Sequence record: PQ724394.1
Reading direction: 5' to 3' (one strand)
Origin: a phage
Length of the DNA stretch: 64,000 nt
This document shows, piece by piece, positions 25,086 through 34,845 of this stretch (position 1 is its first letter; the number at the start of each line of letters is the position of its first letter). The notes under the pieces are model-generated. The model did not search any database, was not told where the DNA came from, and was given only the letters and a program-made list of their open reading frames with translations. The position numbers and the translations under genes are program-made.

Positions 25086-25490
25086 TTAACCCTCGTCTAC
25101 AATAGTGTGGGTATTGGCATTAACAATCTGCCACCAGCCAAAACGATTAGAACCGTAAAGAGGCTTATTCTCGTTTTCTTTAATGATATCGCGCAGTTCA
25201 TCTTCAGAGAAGGCTTTAGCGATTAAATCAGTATACCCACCGCGTGGATAATAATTATCACCCGCAAACAAAAGGAAATTTACCTTTCCGGAAGGAACAT
25301 ATGCTTCCTTAGGATACTTGTTTCCTGCATGGTCTACCACTTCAATATAACGGTAAGGAATATCAGTACTTTCAACCCATTGCCATGCTGCAGCAGGGGA
25401 TTCAAAAGCATCTACACCTAAACGATTATCTTCATCTTTAGACGGATTATTTTCGTAATCCGCATATACATAATATTCAATGTTCATCAT
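25086..25490 (-). CDS. hypothetical protein (134 aa)
   Basis: ORF in array. Confidence 0.5.
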   Translation of the reverse strand: MMNIEYYVYADYENNPSKDEDNRLGVDAFESPAAAWQWVESTDIPYRYIEVVDHAGNKYPKEAYVPSGKVNFLLFAGDNYYPRGGYTDLIAKAFSEDELRDIIKENENKPLYGSNRFGWWQIVNANTHTIVDEG

Positions 25491-25672
25491 TCACCTTTAG
25501 AGATTTTATCCATAACGAAAGAGATTGAACCAATTAAGAATGCCACTACTAAAGAGATTGTATTCTCGGAAGTTGTAAGCAAATCCAACATGAATCCTGC
25601 AAACATACTAAAGCCAAAAGCAGTAACGGCGGCCAGTGCAGTAACATTTCTAATTAATTCACAACGTTTCAT
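25487..25672 (-). CDS. small membrane protein (about 61 aa)
   Basis: ATG at 25672 preceded by GGAGAATAAA RBS and a PeSL-like promoter; two hydrophobic helices. Confidence 0.45.
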   Translation of the reverse strand: MKRCELIRNVTALAAVTAFGFSMFAGFMLDLLTTSENTISLVVAFLIGSISFVMDKISKGE

Positions 25673-25737
25673 TTTATTCTCCAATCACTCATTTGTTTTG
25701 ATAGGTCTATAGTATCATGCCTATAGACCTTGTAAAC
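25673..25737 (-). promoter_or_regulatory. PeSL-like early promoter cassette
   Basis: Minus-sense GTTTACAAGGTCTATAGGCATGATACTATAGACCTATCAAAAC; inverted repeat AGGTCTATAG/CTATAGACCT. Confidence 0.65.
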
Positions 25738-25749
25738 ATCTTTTTTAAA

Positions 25750-26004
25750 TTATTTTAGGTCTTCTAGACGTTTCTTCATCTTAGAGCCATTCTTAGCAAT
25801 TTCGCCAGCGTCTGAACATAGAGCCAAAAGGGCTTTAACTTTAGTCTGGTCACCTTTAAAGGAACTCGGGTCAACAGAATCAGCAAGTTCTTTAATACGC
25901 GCGAACAAACGTTCGGCTTCAGCTAAAGCAGTACCAAGTTTTACTTCCATACCGTGTGAGGATTCGGTTAGAGGTTGCGCAGAAAATTCTTGATAAGTTT
26001 TCAT
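25750..26004 (-). CDS. internal-protein-like protein with capsid-targeting leader (84 aa)
   Basis: N-terminal MKTYQEFSAQ leader; ipI position downstream of 57B. Confidence 0.55.
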   Translation of the reverse strand: MKTYQEFSAQPLTESSHGMEVKLGTALAEAERLFARIKELADSVDPSSFKGDQTKVKALLALCSDAGEIAKNGSKMKKRLEDLK

Positions 26005-26022
26005 TTTGTTCCTTAGTTTAAA

Positions 26023-26924
<902 letters not shown>

Positions 26925-26932
<8 letters not shown>

Positions 26933-27686
26933 TTTTATTTCCTAATAATTTATCAATAGTAGTGTATAGTTCAGAAAGAGTGCCGTTATTTTCAACAACA
27001 ACGTCACCAGGTAAAATTGGTAGACCCGCTTCAGTGATGTGCGAGTCTTGTACTTGACCGGTTTCAGCGCGAACTACATGAATAATCGTAGCACCCATCG
27101 CTCTGAGCGAATCAATTTCGTGTGTTTGACGAACATCAGGTACGACATAGTATTTCGCATCAGAGTATATTTTATCAAAATAGTCTAAAGCGAACAACTT
27201 AACCCAATACATCTTATCAAATTGGTTAACAATAATATCAGTCCCAAGGGTCTGCATGAGACGACGTACTGACCAATTGTTATTTTTATTTATTACTTCA
27301 AATAGCTGGTCTTTTGTTTCTTCAGACAGATATTGGACCGGGGTAAGACCATAATGATACGCGGTAAGAACATCAATTCCCGGAATAGGAAGGATATTAT
27401 TCAGCTTAACAATAGCATGTTCAAAAATATCAACCACATCATACGGTTTTAAAGGAATGATTTCTTCACGGTCATAACCGATACCTTCAAAACAATTAAA
27501 ATCTAATTTAGGCATATAGCTACGGTCGAATACAGGGTCATCAGATATGTATTCATAAGCTTCAGCCAGATACTTTTTAATAGGACCTGCGAGTTGGAAT
27601 TTTACGGAATCCATATTTTCAATTACATAGTTAGCAACGGTATCCTTACCGCTACGTTTGATTCCTACAATTGATATTAGTTTCAT
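26925..27686 (-). CDS. 1: deoxynucleoside monophosphate kinase
   Basis: 253 aa; N-terminal GIKRSGKDT P-loop; strong resemblance to T4 gp1 as recalled. Confidence 0.85.
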
Positions 27687-28276
27687 TATTTTCTCATAGA
27701 TGGATGCATAGACATACGAGCCACACGTTGTTCGGCATACGAATCAATTTGTGGACGACCTGTAACTATTGTACCATCTATTTCTACAGCAAACGACTTG
27801 AAGTTGAATGTTGCTGTAGCGATTATAGCAGGGTCGGAATCTTCTTTATAAGAGTACTGAATCTCGGAAAGGTCGGATGGCCAACCGCCGTAGTAATGAA
27901 TGCTCATTACGATTTTCTGTTTGTTGTTATCAAGAATGTGGAGGGTAATCGCTTCAGGCAAGCCTTTAGGGTGCCAGGCTTCAGATTCATGTGTTACATA
28001 ATTGTTTAATGATAGCATCCATTTATAAACGTCCATCCATGATTTCAGCTCACGGTCTACAAGAAAGTTTACAATCAAGGGGTCGAATTCTACTGTAGAA
28101 CCTGGCAGCTTAGCACGATGTATGCCCTGGGTCGATCCAGGGACGTCTGAGATAGGAATATGGATACCCGGTAGTGTTACATCTTGCACGTTCAATTTGA
28201 ATGACTGCGTCATTCCTGAGTCACTAACCTCTAAGATAAAGTTGGTAGTGTTAGTTTGGTTAAATAAACCGTTCAT
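27686..28276 (-). CDS. 3: gp3 tail completion and sheath stabiliser protein
   Basis: Position between genes 1 and 2 as in T4; start taken at ATG 28276 with AGGA RBS to avoid overlap with gene 2; the ORF track extends further upstream. Confidence 0.55.
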   Translation of the reverse strand: MNGLFNQTNTTNFILEVSDSGMTQSFKLNVQDVTLPGIHIPISDVPGSTQGIHRAKLPGSTVEFDPLIVNFLVDRELKSWMDVYKWMLSLNNYVTHESEAWHPKGLPEAITLHILDNNKQKIVMSIHYYGGWPSDLSEIQYSYKEDSDPAIIATATFNFKSFAVEIDGTIVTGRPQIDSYAEQRVARMSMHPSMRK

Positions 28277-28361
28277 AGGATTCCTATATTGCTTAAGTCC
28301 TAGCCAGTGTATAATGGTCCTAGGTCTGTTCCATTCAATAACTGGCTGGGATAATAGATTA

Positions 28362-29198
28362 TTATGCGTTCTTCCATACTTTCTGAGCTGAGTAACGCTT
28401 ACCTTTAGACATGAATTGCTGAAGCGGAAGCATGACCACATTAGCCCAATCAGAAGGTTTTATTTCTACTAAAGGACCCTTGATATTTCCAGGGATATAA
28501 GCCTTAATCATCACGTCAGCGCCAGCGAATCCTTTTACCTTACTCCAATCGATTTTTAATTTAGTCGAGTTCGTAATGGTAGGTGTACTCGCGTATTGCT
28601 TCAGCAATTCTTCTAGAAATTGTTGGCGCGCTTTAGGCGGAATATAGTGTAAGTTCAACCCGTACATCAGATTATGCTTACCAAGTCCAAGATAAATGAT
28701 TAAAGGATATTTGTCCCAGTAGGGTAATGTGTCCTTGTGTTTAGCATCATAGATATAAGCATAAAGCTTGCCAGGAGATGGTTTAGATACCTGGTGTCCA
28801 CGAATTCCTTTCTTTAATGTTTCTGTAAACCATTTAGCTGATTTATTGTTTACAGCAGCGCCTTCGTTAGCAATCTTATCACGAATACTCTTTCTAAAAC
28901 TATTCACCAAAATTAATTGACGTTCGGCTTTGGTCAATTTATTGCCAGGTTTCTTCTGGAGTTTTTCGACCTGTACAGCAGTTTTAATTCGACTAGAATA
29001 TCGAGACATCGCAGATGTAAAGCTAGAATACTTAATGCCTTTATCTTCAGCGAATTTCTTAGCCGAGACACCTTTGGCCTTAGCTTTGGCATATTCAACA
29101 CCTAAAGCTATCCATTGTTGCTCTGAACGAGTAGGCTTAGAACCTTTTGTGGTTTCAGTAGCCTCATTGATGTAGGAAAATATACTCATCCTTTCCAT
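28362..29198 (-). CDS. 2: gp2 DNA end-protector protein
   Basis: 278 aa ORF (T4 gp2 about 274 aa); basic; synteny 1-3-2-4; alternative start at 29189 overlapping gene 4 stop. Confidence 0.75.
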   Translation of the reverse strand: MERMSIFSYINEATETTKGSKPTRSEQQWIALGVEYAKAKAKGVSAKKFAEDKGIKYSSFTSAMSRYSSRIKTAVQVEKLQKKPGNKLTKAERQLILVNSFRKSIRDKIANEGAAVNNKSAKWFTETLKKGIRGHQVSKPSPGKLYAYIYDAKHKDTLPYWDKYPLIIYLGLGKHNLMYGLNLHYIPPKARQQFLEELLKQYASTPTITNSTKLKIDWSKVKGFAGADVMIKAYIPGNIKGPLVEIKPSDWANVVMLPLQQFMSKGKRYSAQKVWKNA

Positions 29199-29635
29199 CC
29201 TAATTTTTTCAGTGAGTTTTCAGTTATCAATCTAAAATTGATTCCCATTTTATCTGCTGTAGCTTTAGCAGCTTTCCATTTATCTTTATTTACACTCCAT
29301 GTATAATGTTCATTGATATATCTCTTTTTAGCAGCTGTAGTCATTTTAGCAGGAGCCGCCGGAGGATGGGTTTCTTTAAAAGGTTTGACTTCAAAAAAGA
29401 ATTGTTGGCCGTTATCAAACTTAACCCAGAAGTCCATAAAATATCGACGTTTCTTTCCATCAGCATTACTAAAATACGGAATAACTACCTCTTCAGAGTT
29501 CCATTGGACTACGTTAGGATGATTGTCAAGCCAACGCATGAGCCATGCTTCCCATGAGGAACGATATTGGATTTTCTTCCAGTCACCTTTATATTTTTGT
29601 AAGTTGGTAGGTTTAAATTTCCCTGAGTAAGCCAT
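29186..29635 (-). CDS. 4: gp4 head completion protein
   Basis: 149 aa, MAYSGKF... strongly T4 gp4-like. Confidence 0.85.
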   Translation of the reverse strand: MAYSGKFKPTNLQKYKGDWKKIQYRSSWEAWLMRWLDNHPNVVQWNSEEVVIPYFSNADGKKRRYFMDFWVKFDNGQQFFFEVKPFKETHPPAAPAKMTTAAKKRYINEHYTWSVNKDKWKAAKATADKMGINFRLITENSLKKLGWKG

Positions 29636-29646
29636 AGTTGCCTCCT

Positions 29647-29654
29647 TATAAATA
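29647..29654 (+). promoter_or_regulatory. late promoter TATAAATA for gene 53
   Basis: TATAAATA about 30 nt upstream of the gene 53 ATG. Confidence 0.6.
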
Positions 29655-29661
29655 TTAATAT

Positions 29662-29669
29662 TATTTATA
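29662..29669 (-). promoter_or_regulatory. late promoter TATAAATA for gene 4 (divergent)
   Basis: Minus-sense TATAAATA about 27 nt upstream of the gene 4 ATG. Confidence 0.55.
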
Positions 29670-29681
29670 CTCGGAGGCCCT

Positions 29682-30284
29682 ATGCTCTTCTCATTTTTCG
29701 ATCCTATCGATTACGAATCAAAAACAGTCAAGCCAGATTCCGGCTCATTAACAAATGCCGATGTATTGAGCGTGCCGATGACTGATATATTTAGAAATTA
29801 TAAAGAATATTTTGATAGAGTGGCTAAAAATTATACACTAAAAACTTATTATATCAATGGAGCCCCGCGTCCGGAAGAATTAGCCCATCTTCTTTATGGC
29901 AATGTCCAATTATATTGGGTTTTACTGATGTGTAATAATATATACGACCCGTATTATGGATGGATTACTGGTCAAGAAGCCGCCTACCAAGCAGCCATCC
30001 AAAGATATTCTACAGCTGGTGGAAACCAGGTCCTTTACCATGTAAACGAAAAAGGCGAGAAATTCTGGAATCTTGTCAACACACCAGAAAATCCGTATAC
30101 TTGGTATGATAAAGGCGATACAGAAAAACGTTATCCTCAATACGAAGGCCCATTGGCCGCAGTAGATATTTACGAGGATGCTATTCGCAAAAATGAATAT
30201 AAGCGCGAAATAAAAATTATAGACCCTAATGATATTGAGTCTTTTATTTCTGCTCTTATTCGTGAAATGGAGAAAGCCCTCTAA
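29682..30284 (+). CDS. 53: gp53 baseplate wedge subunit
   Basis: 200 aa; MLFSFFDPIDYESKT... strongly T4 gp53-like; precedes gene 5. Confidence 0.9.
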   Translation: MLFSFFDPIDYESKTVKPDSGSLTNADVLSVPMTDIFRNYKEYFDRVAKNYTLKTYYINGAPRPEELAHLLYGNVQLYWVLLMCNNIYDPYYGWITGQEAAYQAAIQRYSTAGGNQVLYHVNEKGEKFWNLVNTPENPYTWYDKGDTEKRYPQYEGPLAAVDIYEDAIRKNEYKREIKIIDPNDIESFISALIREMEKAL

Positions 30285-32026
30285 TGATTAACATGTCTGA
30301 TAATTTAAGTTGGTTCGTCGGTGTAGTTGAAGACCGAATGGACCCACTCAAACAGGGCCGAGTACGCGTACGCGTCTGGGGTATGCATCCATATGAAAAA
30401 GTACAAGGTCCCGTAAAAGGTCTTCGTACAGAAGATTTACCATGGATGTCGGTATTAATGCCTACATCTTCTGCCTCTGTTTCAGGTATCCAAACCGCTA
30501 TGACTGGTATGGTCCCAGGTACACAAGTTTACGGACACTTTCTTGATAAGTGGAAATTAAACGGGCTTGTCCTCGGCACATACGGTTCGGCTTCAAAACA
30601 AAAGGCAAATCCAAACGAAGGTTTTAGTGACCCAACAGGACAGTATCCGCTTTATTTAGGTAATGATGCCGCTGCACTAAACCGAGGTGGTGAAGTTGGA
30701 TATGATGCCACTTCTAACGTAATACAAGATGCAAACACTGATGTAGGTATTAATCCGGATGGATTAGATTTAAGCCAAGTTAAGCCTGATGATAATCCTA
30801 ATTTCACAATAGAAAACATGCTTCATCGTGATGAGGGTCTTCGTCTGAAGGTATATTGGGATACCGAAGGATACCCTACTATTGGTATAGGTCACCTTAT
30901 TACACCACAACCTATTAGAGATATGAATCAGATAAACAAAATATTATCTAATCAAATAGGCCGAGAAGTTAAAGGTAACCCTGGTGCAATATCAATGGAC
31001 GAGGCTTCCAAGTTATTCCAAGAAGACCTTAAAAAAGTTCAAAACGATATAGGTAGGCATAGTGTTGTAGGTCCTGTTTACAATAAAGAAAACCGTTCAA
31101 GACAAATGGCCCTTGAAAACATGGCTTTCCAAATGGGTTTAGGTGGGCTTGCTAAATTCCGTGGTATGCTCAGTGCAATGCTAATAGGTGATTATAAAAA
31201 GGCATTTGAGGAAGCTCGCAATTCAGTATGGTTCAACCAAACTAAAGGCCGAGCATCAAGGGTATCAATGATTATCCTTACAGGTAATATGGAATCATAT
31301 GGTATTATGGCCCCTAAAGAAAGAGAATTTAATGGCCGTTCTTATAGGATGATTCAAACCTTTGCAGCCCCTACAAATTCTGACCCTGCCGACCCGTGGA
31401 CCCCGGAAGATACAAGGATTCTTTTTAAAGAGCCGGATTCTAGTTATAAAGGCGAATACCCGTATGTCCAAACCATGCAAACTGAAGGTGGGCATATCCA
31501 AGAATTCGATAACACCCCAGGGCAAGAACGTTACCGATTAATCCACCCTACAGGTAGTTACGAAGAAGTCGCTCCTGACGGACGTAAAACTTCTAAGACA
31601 GTAGCCGATGGGTATTATATGACCCAAGGCGATTCTAATACTTATGTCGGCGGTAATAATAAAGTCAATATAGGTGGTGATGAAACCTATTATAATATGG
31701 CAAACGTTCGACGTCAAACTGACGGTTCTGAAAGCATCCATATTCGTGGTAATGAAACCAAAACAGTAGAAGGCGACGGGACCCTTATTGTTAAAGGAAA
31801 TGTTACGGTTATTGTTGAAGGCAATGCCGATATAACTGTTAAAGGTGATGCAAAAACCTTAGTCGAAGGCAACCATGATTATACAGTAAATGGAAATGTT
31901 AAGTGGTCGGTAAACGGAAACGTCGATATGACTGTTGCCGGTAATTGGTCTGAAACTATGTCGACTATGAGTTCTATTGCGTCCGGTCAATATACTATTG
32001 ATGGTTCGAGGATTGACATTGGCTAA
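30284..32026 (+). CDS. 5: gp5 baseplate hub subunit and tail lysozyme
   Basis: 580 aa; internal lysozyme domain HRDEGLRLKVYWDTEGYPTIGIGHLI paralogous to e; C-terminal VxGxxxV-type beta-helix repeats. Confidence 0.95.
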   Translation: MINMSDNLSWFVGVVEDRMDPLKQGRVRVRVWGMHPYEKVQGPVKGLRTEDLPWMSVLMPTSSASVSGIQTAMTGMVPGTQVYGHFLDKWKLNGLVLGTYGSASKQKANPNEGFSDPTGQYPLYLGNDAAALNRGGEVGYDATSNVIQDANTDVGINPDGLDLSQVKPDDNPNFTIENMLHRDEGLRLKVYWDTEGYPTIGIGHLITPQPIRDMNQINKILSNQIGREVKGNPGAISMDEASKLFQEDLKKVQNDIGRHSVVGPVYNKENRSRQMALENMAFQMGLGGLAKFRGMLSAMLIGDYKKAFEEARNSVWFNQTKGRASRVSMIILTGNMESYGIMAPKEREFNGRSYRMIQTFAAPTNSDPADPWTPEDTRILFKEPDSSYKGEYPYVQTMQTEGGHIQEFDNTPGQERYRLIHPTGSYEEVAPDGRKTSKTVADGYYMTQGDSNTYVGGNNKVNIGGDETYYNMANVRRQTDGSESIHIRGNETKTVEGDGTLIVKGNVTVIVEGNADITVKGDAKTLVEGNHDYTVNGNVKWSVNGNVDMTVAGNWSETMSTMSSIASGQYTIDGSRIDIG

Positions 32027-32060
32027 TATTTTACCTATGAGCACAGATTTAGGAGACTCC

Positions 32061-32558
32061 ATGGAAGGAGCCTCAATCGATGTTACGTTTACCGCTCAAT
32101 TAGAAACAAACGAAACATTAGTTGAAATAAATATAACAGAATATGAGCCAACAGAAGGCATTATTATCGATGGGGCCCGTTTATACGGAACCTATGAATC
32201 GGTATTCGGATTTTCTGAAGATGCGTTAAAATATCGATTAGGTGATGAATTTAAAACAGCAGGTTCATGGAAAGATTTACCAGAGGACAAGAGCACTCAA
32301 TTATACCTCTGGAAAGCCCCTGGTAATCTTCAGAAGACTTTTTCCTATACTGTCACATTAATCTATGACTTTCAGGAAGAGTCATCAGGAGGTGATACAG
32401 GGAGCTCAGGAGGAAGTAATTCTAGAGCCGGTAACGAAACCGACCCTCCTCCAGCACCGGTAAGAAAAACTCTTACTAAGGTTTATACCAAGGTTATAGT
32501 GGGTAATTGGAGTCGCTGGGGAGACCAATTAAGAGAATATGTATATGCGAGGCCATAA
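32061..32558 (+). CDS. hypothetical protein in gene 5.1 position
   Basis: ORF between gp5 and 5.4; start ambiguous (31977, 32037 or 32061); 32061 has the strongest RBS (AGGAG). Confidence 0.5.
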   Translation: MEGASIDVTFTAQLETNETLVEINITEYEPTEGIIIDGARLYGTYESVFGFSEDALKYRLGDEFKTAGSWKDLPEDKSTQLYLWKAPGNLQKTFSYTVTLIYDFQEESSGGDTGSSGGSNSRAGNETDPPPAPVRKTLTKVYTKVIVGNWSRWGDQLREYVYARP

Positions 32559-32851
32559 TGTCGGGCTTAAGTTATAATCAATGCGTAACAGCAGGTCATG
32601 AAGCATGGCCTCCTACAGTAATAAATGCCACCCAGGGTAAAGTATTTACAGGCGGCATTCCTGTATTAGTCGATGGGGACCCAATAACTCCTCATACAGA
32701 AATTAAAAAACCATATGAAACCCACGGTGGGGTAACCCAACCTAGAACATCAAAGGTATATGTTACAGGCAAAAAGGCTGTCCAAATGGCAGACCCTATT
32801 TCGTGCGGAGATACAGTCGCACAAGCCTCATCTAAAGTATTCATAAAATAG
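32558..32851 (+). CDS. 5.4: gp5.4 PAAR-repeat spike-tip protein
   Basis: 97 aa from [19 protein letters not shown]...; start overlaps upstream stop (TAATG). Confidence 0.85.
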   Translation: MSGLSYNQCVTAGHEAWPPTVINATQGKVFTGGIPVLVDGDPITPHTEIKKPYETHGGVTQPRTSKVYVTGKKAVQMADPISCGDTVAQASSKVFIK

Positions 32852-32859
32852 GAATTAAA

Positions 32860-34818
32860 ATGGCTACTCCTACGAATTACCAATTAACAAGAACCGTTAA
32901 CGCTATCCCAAAAGTATTTGTGGGAGCTACGTTTGAAGAAATTAAAAAGAATATTATCGATTGGCTTTCCAGCCAGGAAGAATTTAAGGATTATGATTTC
33001 GTTGGTTCTCGAATGAATATCCTTATTGATATGCTTGCTTATAATACTCTTTATATACAGCAATTTGCTAACACAGCTTTATACGAGTCTTTTATAGGAA
33101 CGGCAAACCTTCGTTCTTCGGTTGTCCAGGCTGCACAAGATAACGGATACCTTCCTAGTTCCAAATCTGCGGCAAAAACAAGTATTATGTTGACCTGTAC
33201 TCAGGCCCTGAATGAAAAGAATATTCGTATCCCACGTGGTACTAAATTCTTGGCCTATGCTCGTGATACTTCGGCAGACCCATATGCTTTTGTTACCACG
33301 GAAAACGTTATTGCCGTACGTGATGTTAATAACCAATATCTCCCTATTGTATCTTTAGCACAAGGTCGTATTATTCGTACCGAACTTAAGTATGACCCTA
33401 AAACTCCTATTCTTATTCGTGACCCGGATATTGATAGACAAGAAGTTAAACTTTATGTCGATGGTGCAGAATGGACTAACTGGACTAATAAATCCATGGT
33501 TCATGCTGGTAGTACATCAACCATTTACTATATGCGTGAAACCGTAGATGGTAATACTGAATTCTTCTTTGGTGAAGGCGTTGCCGAAAAATCAGTTGCG
33601 GGTGGTGTATTAGAAGCTAATTATATTGGTGGTTTAAAACCTGTTAAAGATGCTACAATTGTTATAGAATATCTTCGTACCGATGGTGAAGTTGCTAACG
33701 GCGCAGTGGACTTTAGTTATGCGGATTCTTTGGCATATATTACGGTTGAAAAAATTACAGAAAACTATGATGGGAATCCGGATTATGTAGGTGCTGATGG
33801 TGGCGGTGACCCTGAAGATATCGAACGTATTCGTGAACTAGCTGTAGTTAAACGCGAAGCCCAGATGCGTGCCGTAACTGGTACAGATTATGATACATTC
33901 GTTTCAGAGCGATTTGGTTCTATTGTACAAGCAGTACAAACCTTTACGGACCCAAATAAACCAGGTTACGCCTTTGTTACTATTAAACCTAAATCAGGAT
34001 TGTATTTGACTGCGGTTCAACGTGAAGATATCCAGAATTATCTTTCAGAATTTAACTTGGCGCCTATTACTCCTTCGGTTATTTCTCCGGACTACTTGTT
34101 CTTAAAGCATAAAATTAAGGTTTCATATGCACTGAACAAATTACAGGAATCCGAACAATGGCTAACGGCTCAAATCCTTTCCCAAATAGACCGTTATTAT
34201 ATTAACGAAGTTGAAATATTCAACCACGGATTTGCCAAGTCTAAAATGCTGACTTATATTGATAATGCAGACCACAGTATCCTTGGCTCTTCGGCTACGG
34301 TAACAATGGTTCGCGAGGTATTAAACTTCTTCAAAACACCTGAAGCAGGTATTAAATACTATAATCAATACACCAACCGTTCTGTAACTTCTAGTGAATT
34401 TGAGTTCGTCCCAACAAACGTATCGGATGATATTAAATCTTATAACGTACGTATTGTTGCCACAGATAAAGACGAACGAGGCGATGGTAAAATGGTTATA
34501 GGTCCTTTCCGTCCAGGTGATGTAATTGAAAACCAATACATCCAACCTTACACCGGAGATGACTTCGATAAAATGGCAGCTCCTGCAGACCAATCGGTCT
34601 ACTATGTTATTGGCGAAATTGATTATTACTCAGACTTTATTTTCTGGGATATCGCCGCGATAGGCCTTACTTCCGACCGTTTTGAAGTCCAGTCTATTGA
34701 ACTTTATGCAGGACCAGACCAAGACAACATCTTTACCAAAGACGGTTCTTTAATCGTATTTGAAGATGACCTTCGTCCTCAGTACACAACTATAGAGTTG
34801 GAACCAATTACAATATAA
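32860..34818 (+). CDS. 6: gp6 baseplate wedge subunit
   Basis: 652 aa; synteny and N-terminal similarity to T4 gp6. Confidence 0.9.
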   Translation: MATPTNYQLTRTVNAIPKVFVGATFEEIKKNIIDWLSSQEEFKDYDFVGSRMNILIDMLAYNTLYIQQFANTALYESFIGTANLRSSVVQAAQDNGYLPSSKSAAKTSIMLTCTQALNEKNIRIPRGTKFLAYARDTSADPYAFVTTENVIAVRDVNNQYLPIVSLAQGRIIRTELKYDPKTPILIRDPDIDRQEVKLYVDGAEWTNWTNKSMVHAGSTSTIYYMRETVDGNTEFFFGEGVAEKSVAGGVLEANYIGGLKPVKDATIVIEYLRTDGEVANGAVDFSYADSLAYITVEKITENYDGNPDYVGADGGGDPEDIERIRELAVVKREAQMRAVTGTDYDTFVSERFGSIVQAVQTFTDPNKPGYAFVTIKPKSGLYLTAVQREDIQNYLSEFNLAPITPSVISPDYLFLKHKIKVSYALNKLQESEQWLTAQILSQIDRYYINEVEIFNHGFAKSKMLTYIDNADHSILGSSATVTMVREVLNFFKTPEAGIKYYNQYTNRSVTSSEFEFVPTNVSDDIKSYNVRIVATDKDERGDGKMVIGPFRPGDVIENQYIQPYTGDDFDKMAAPADQSVYYVIGEIDYYSDFIFWDIAAIGLTSDRFEVQSIELYAGPDQDNIFTKDGSLIVFEDDLRPQYTTIELEPITI

Positions 34819-34819
34819 G

Positions 34820-34831
34820 CCTCTTCGGAGG
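34820..34831 (+). terminator. weak UUCG hairpin candidate between gp6 and gp7
   Basis: CCTC-TTCG-GAGG followed by TTTAAGGAG; short stem, no clear U-tract. Confidence 0.3.
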
Positions 34832-34845
34832 TTTAAGGAGATTTA

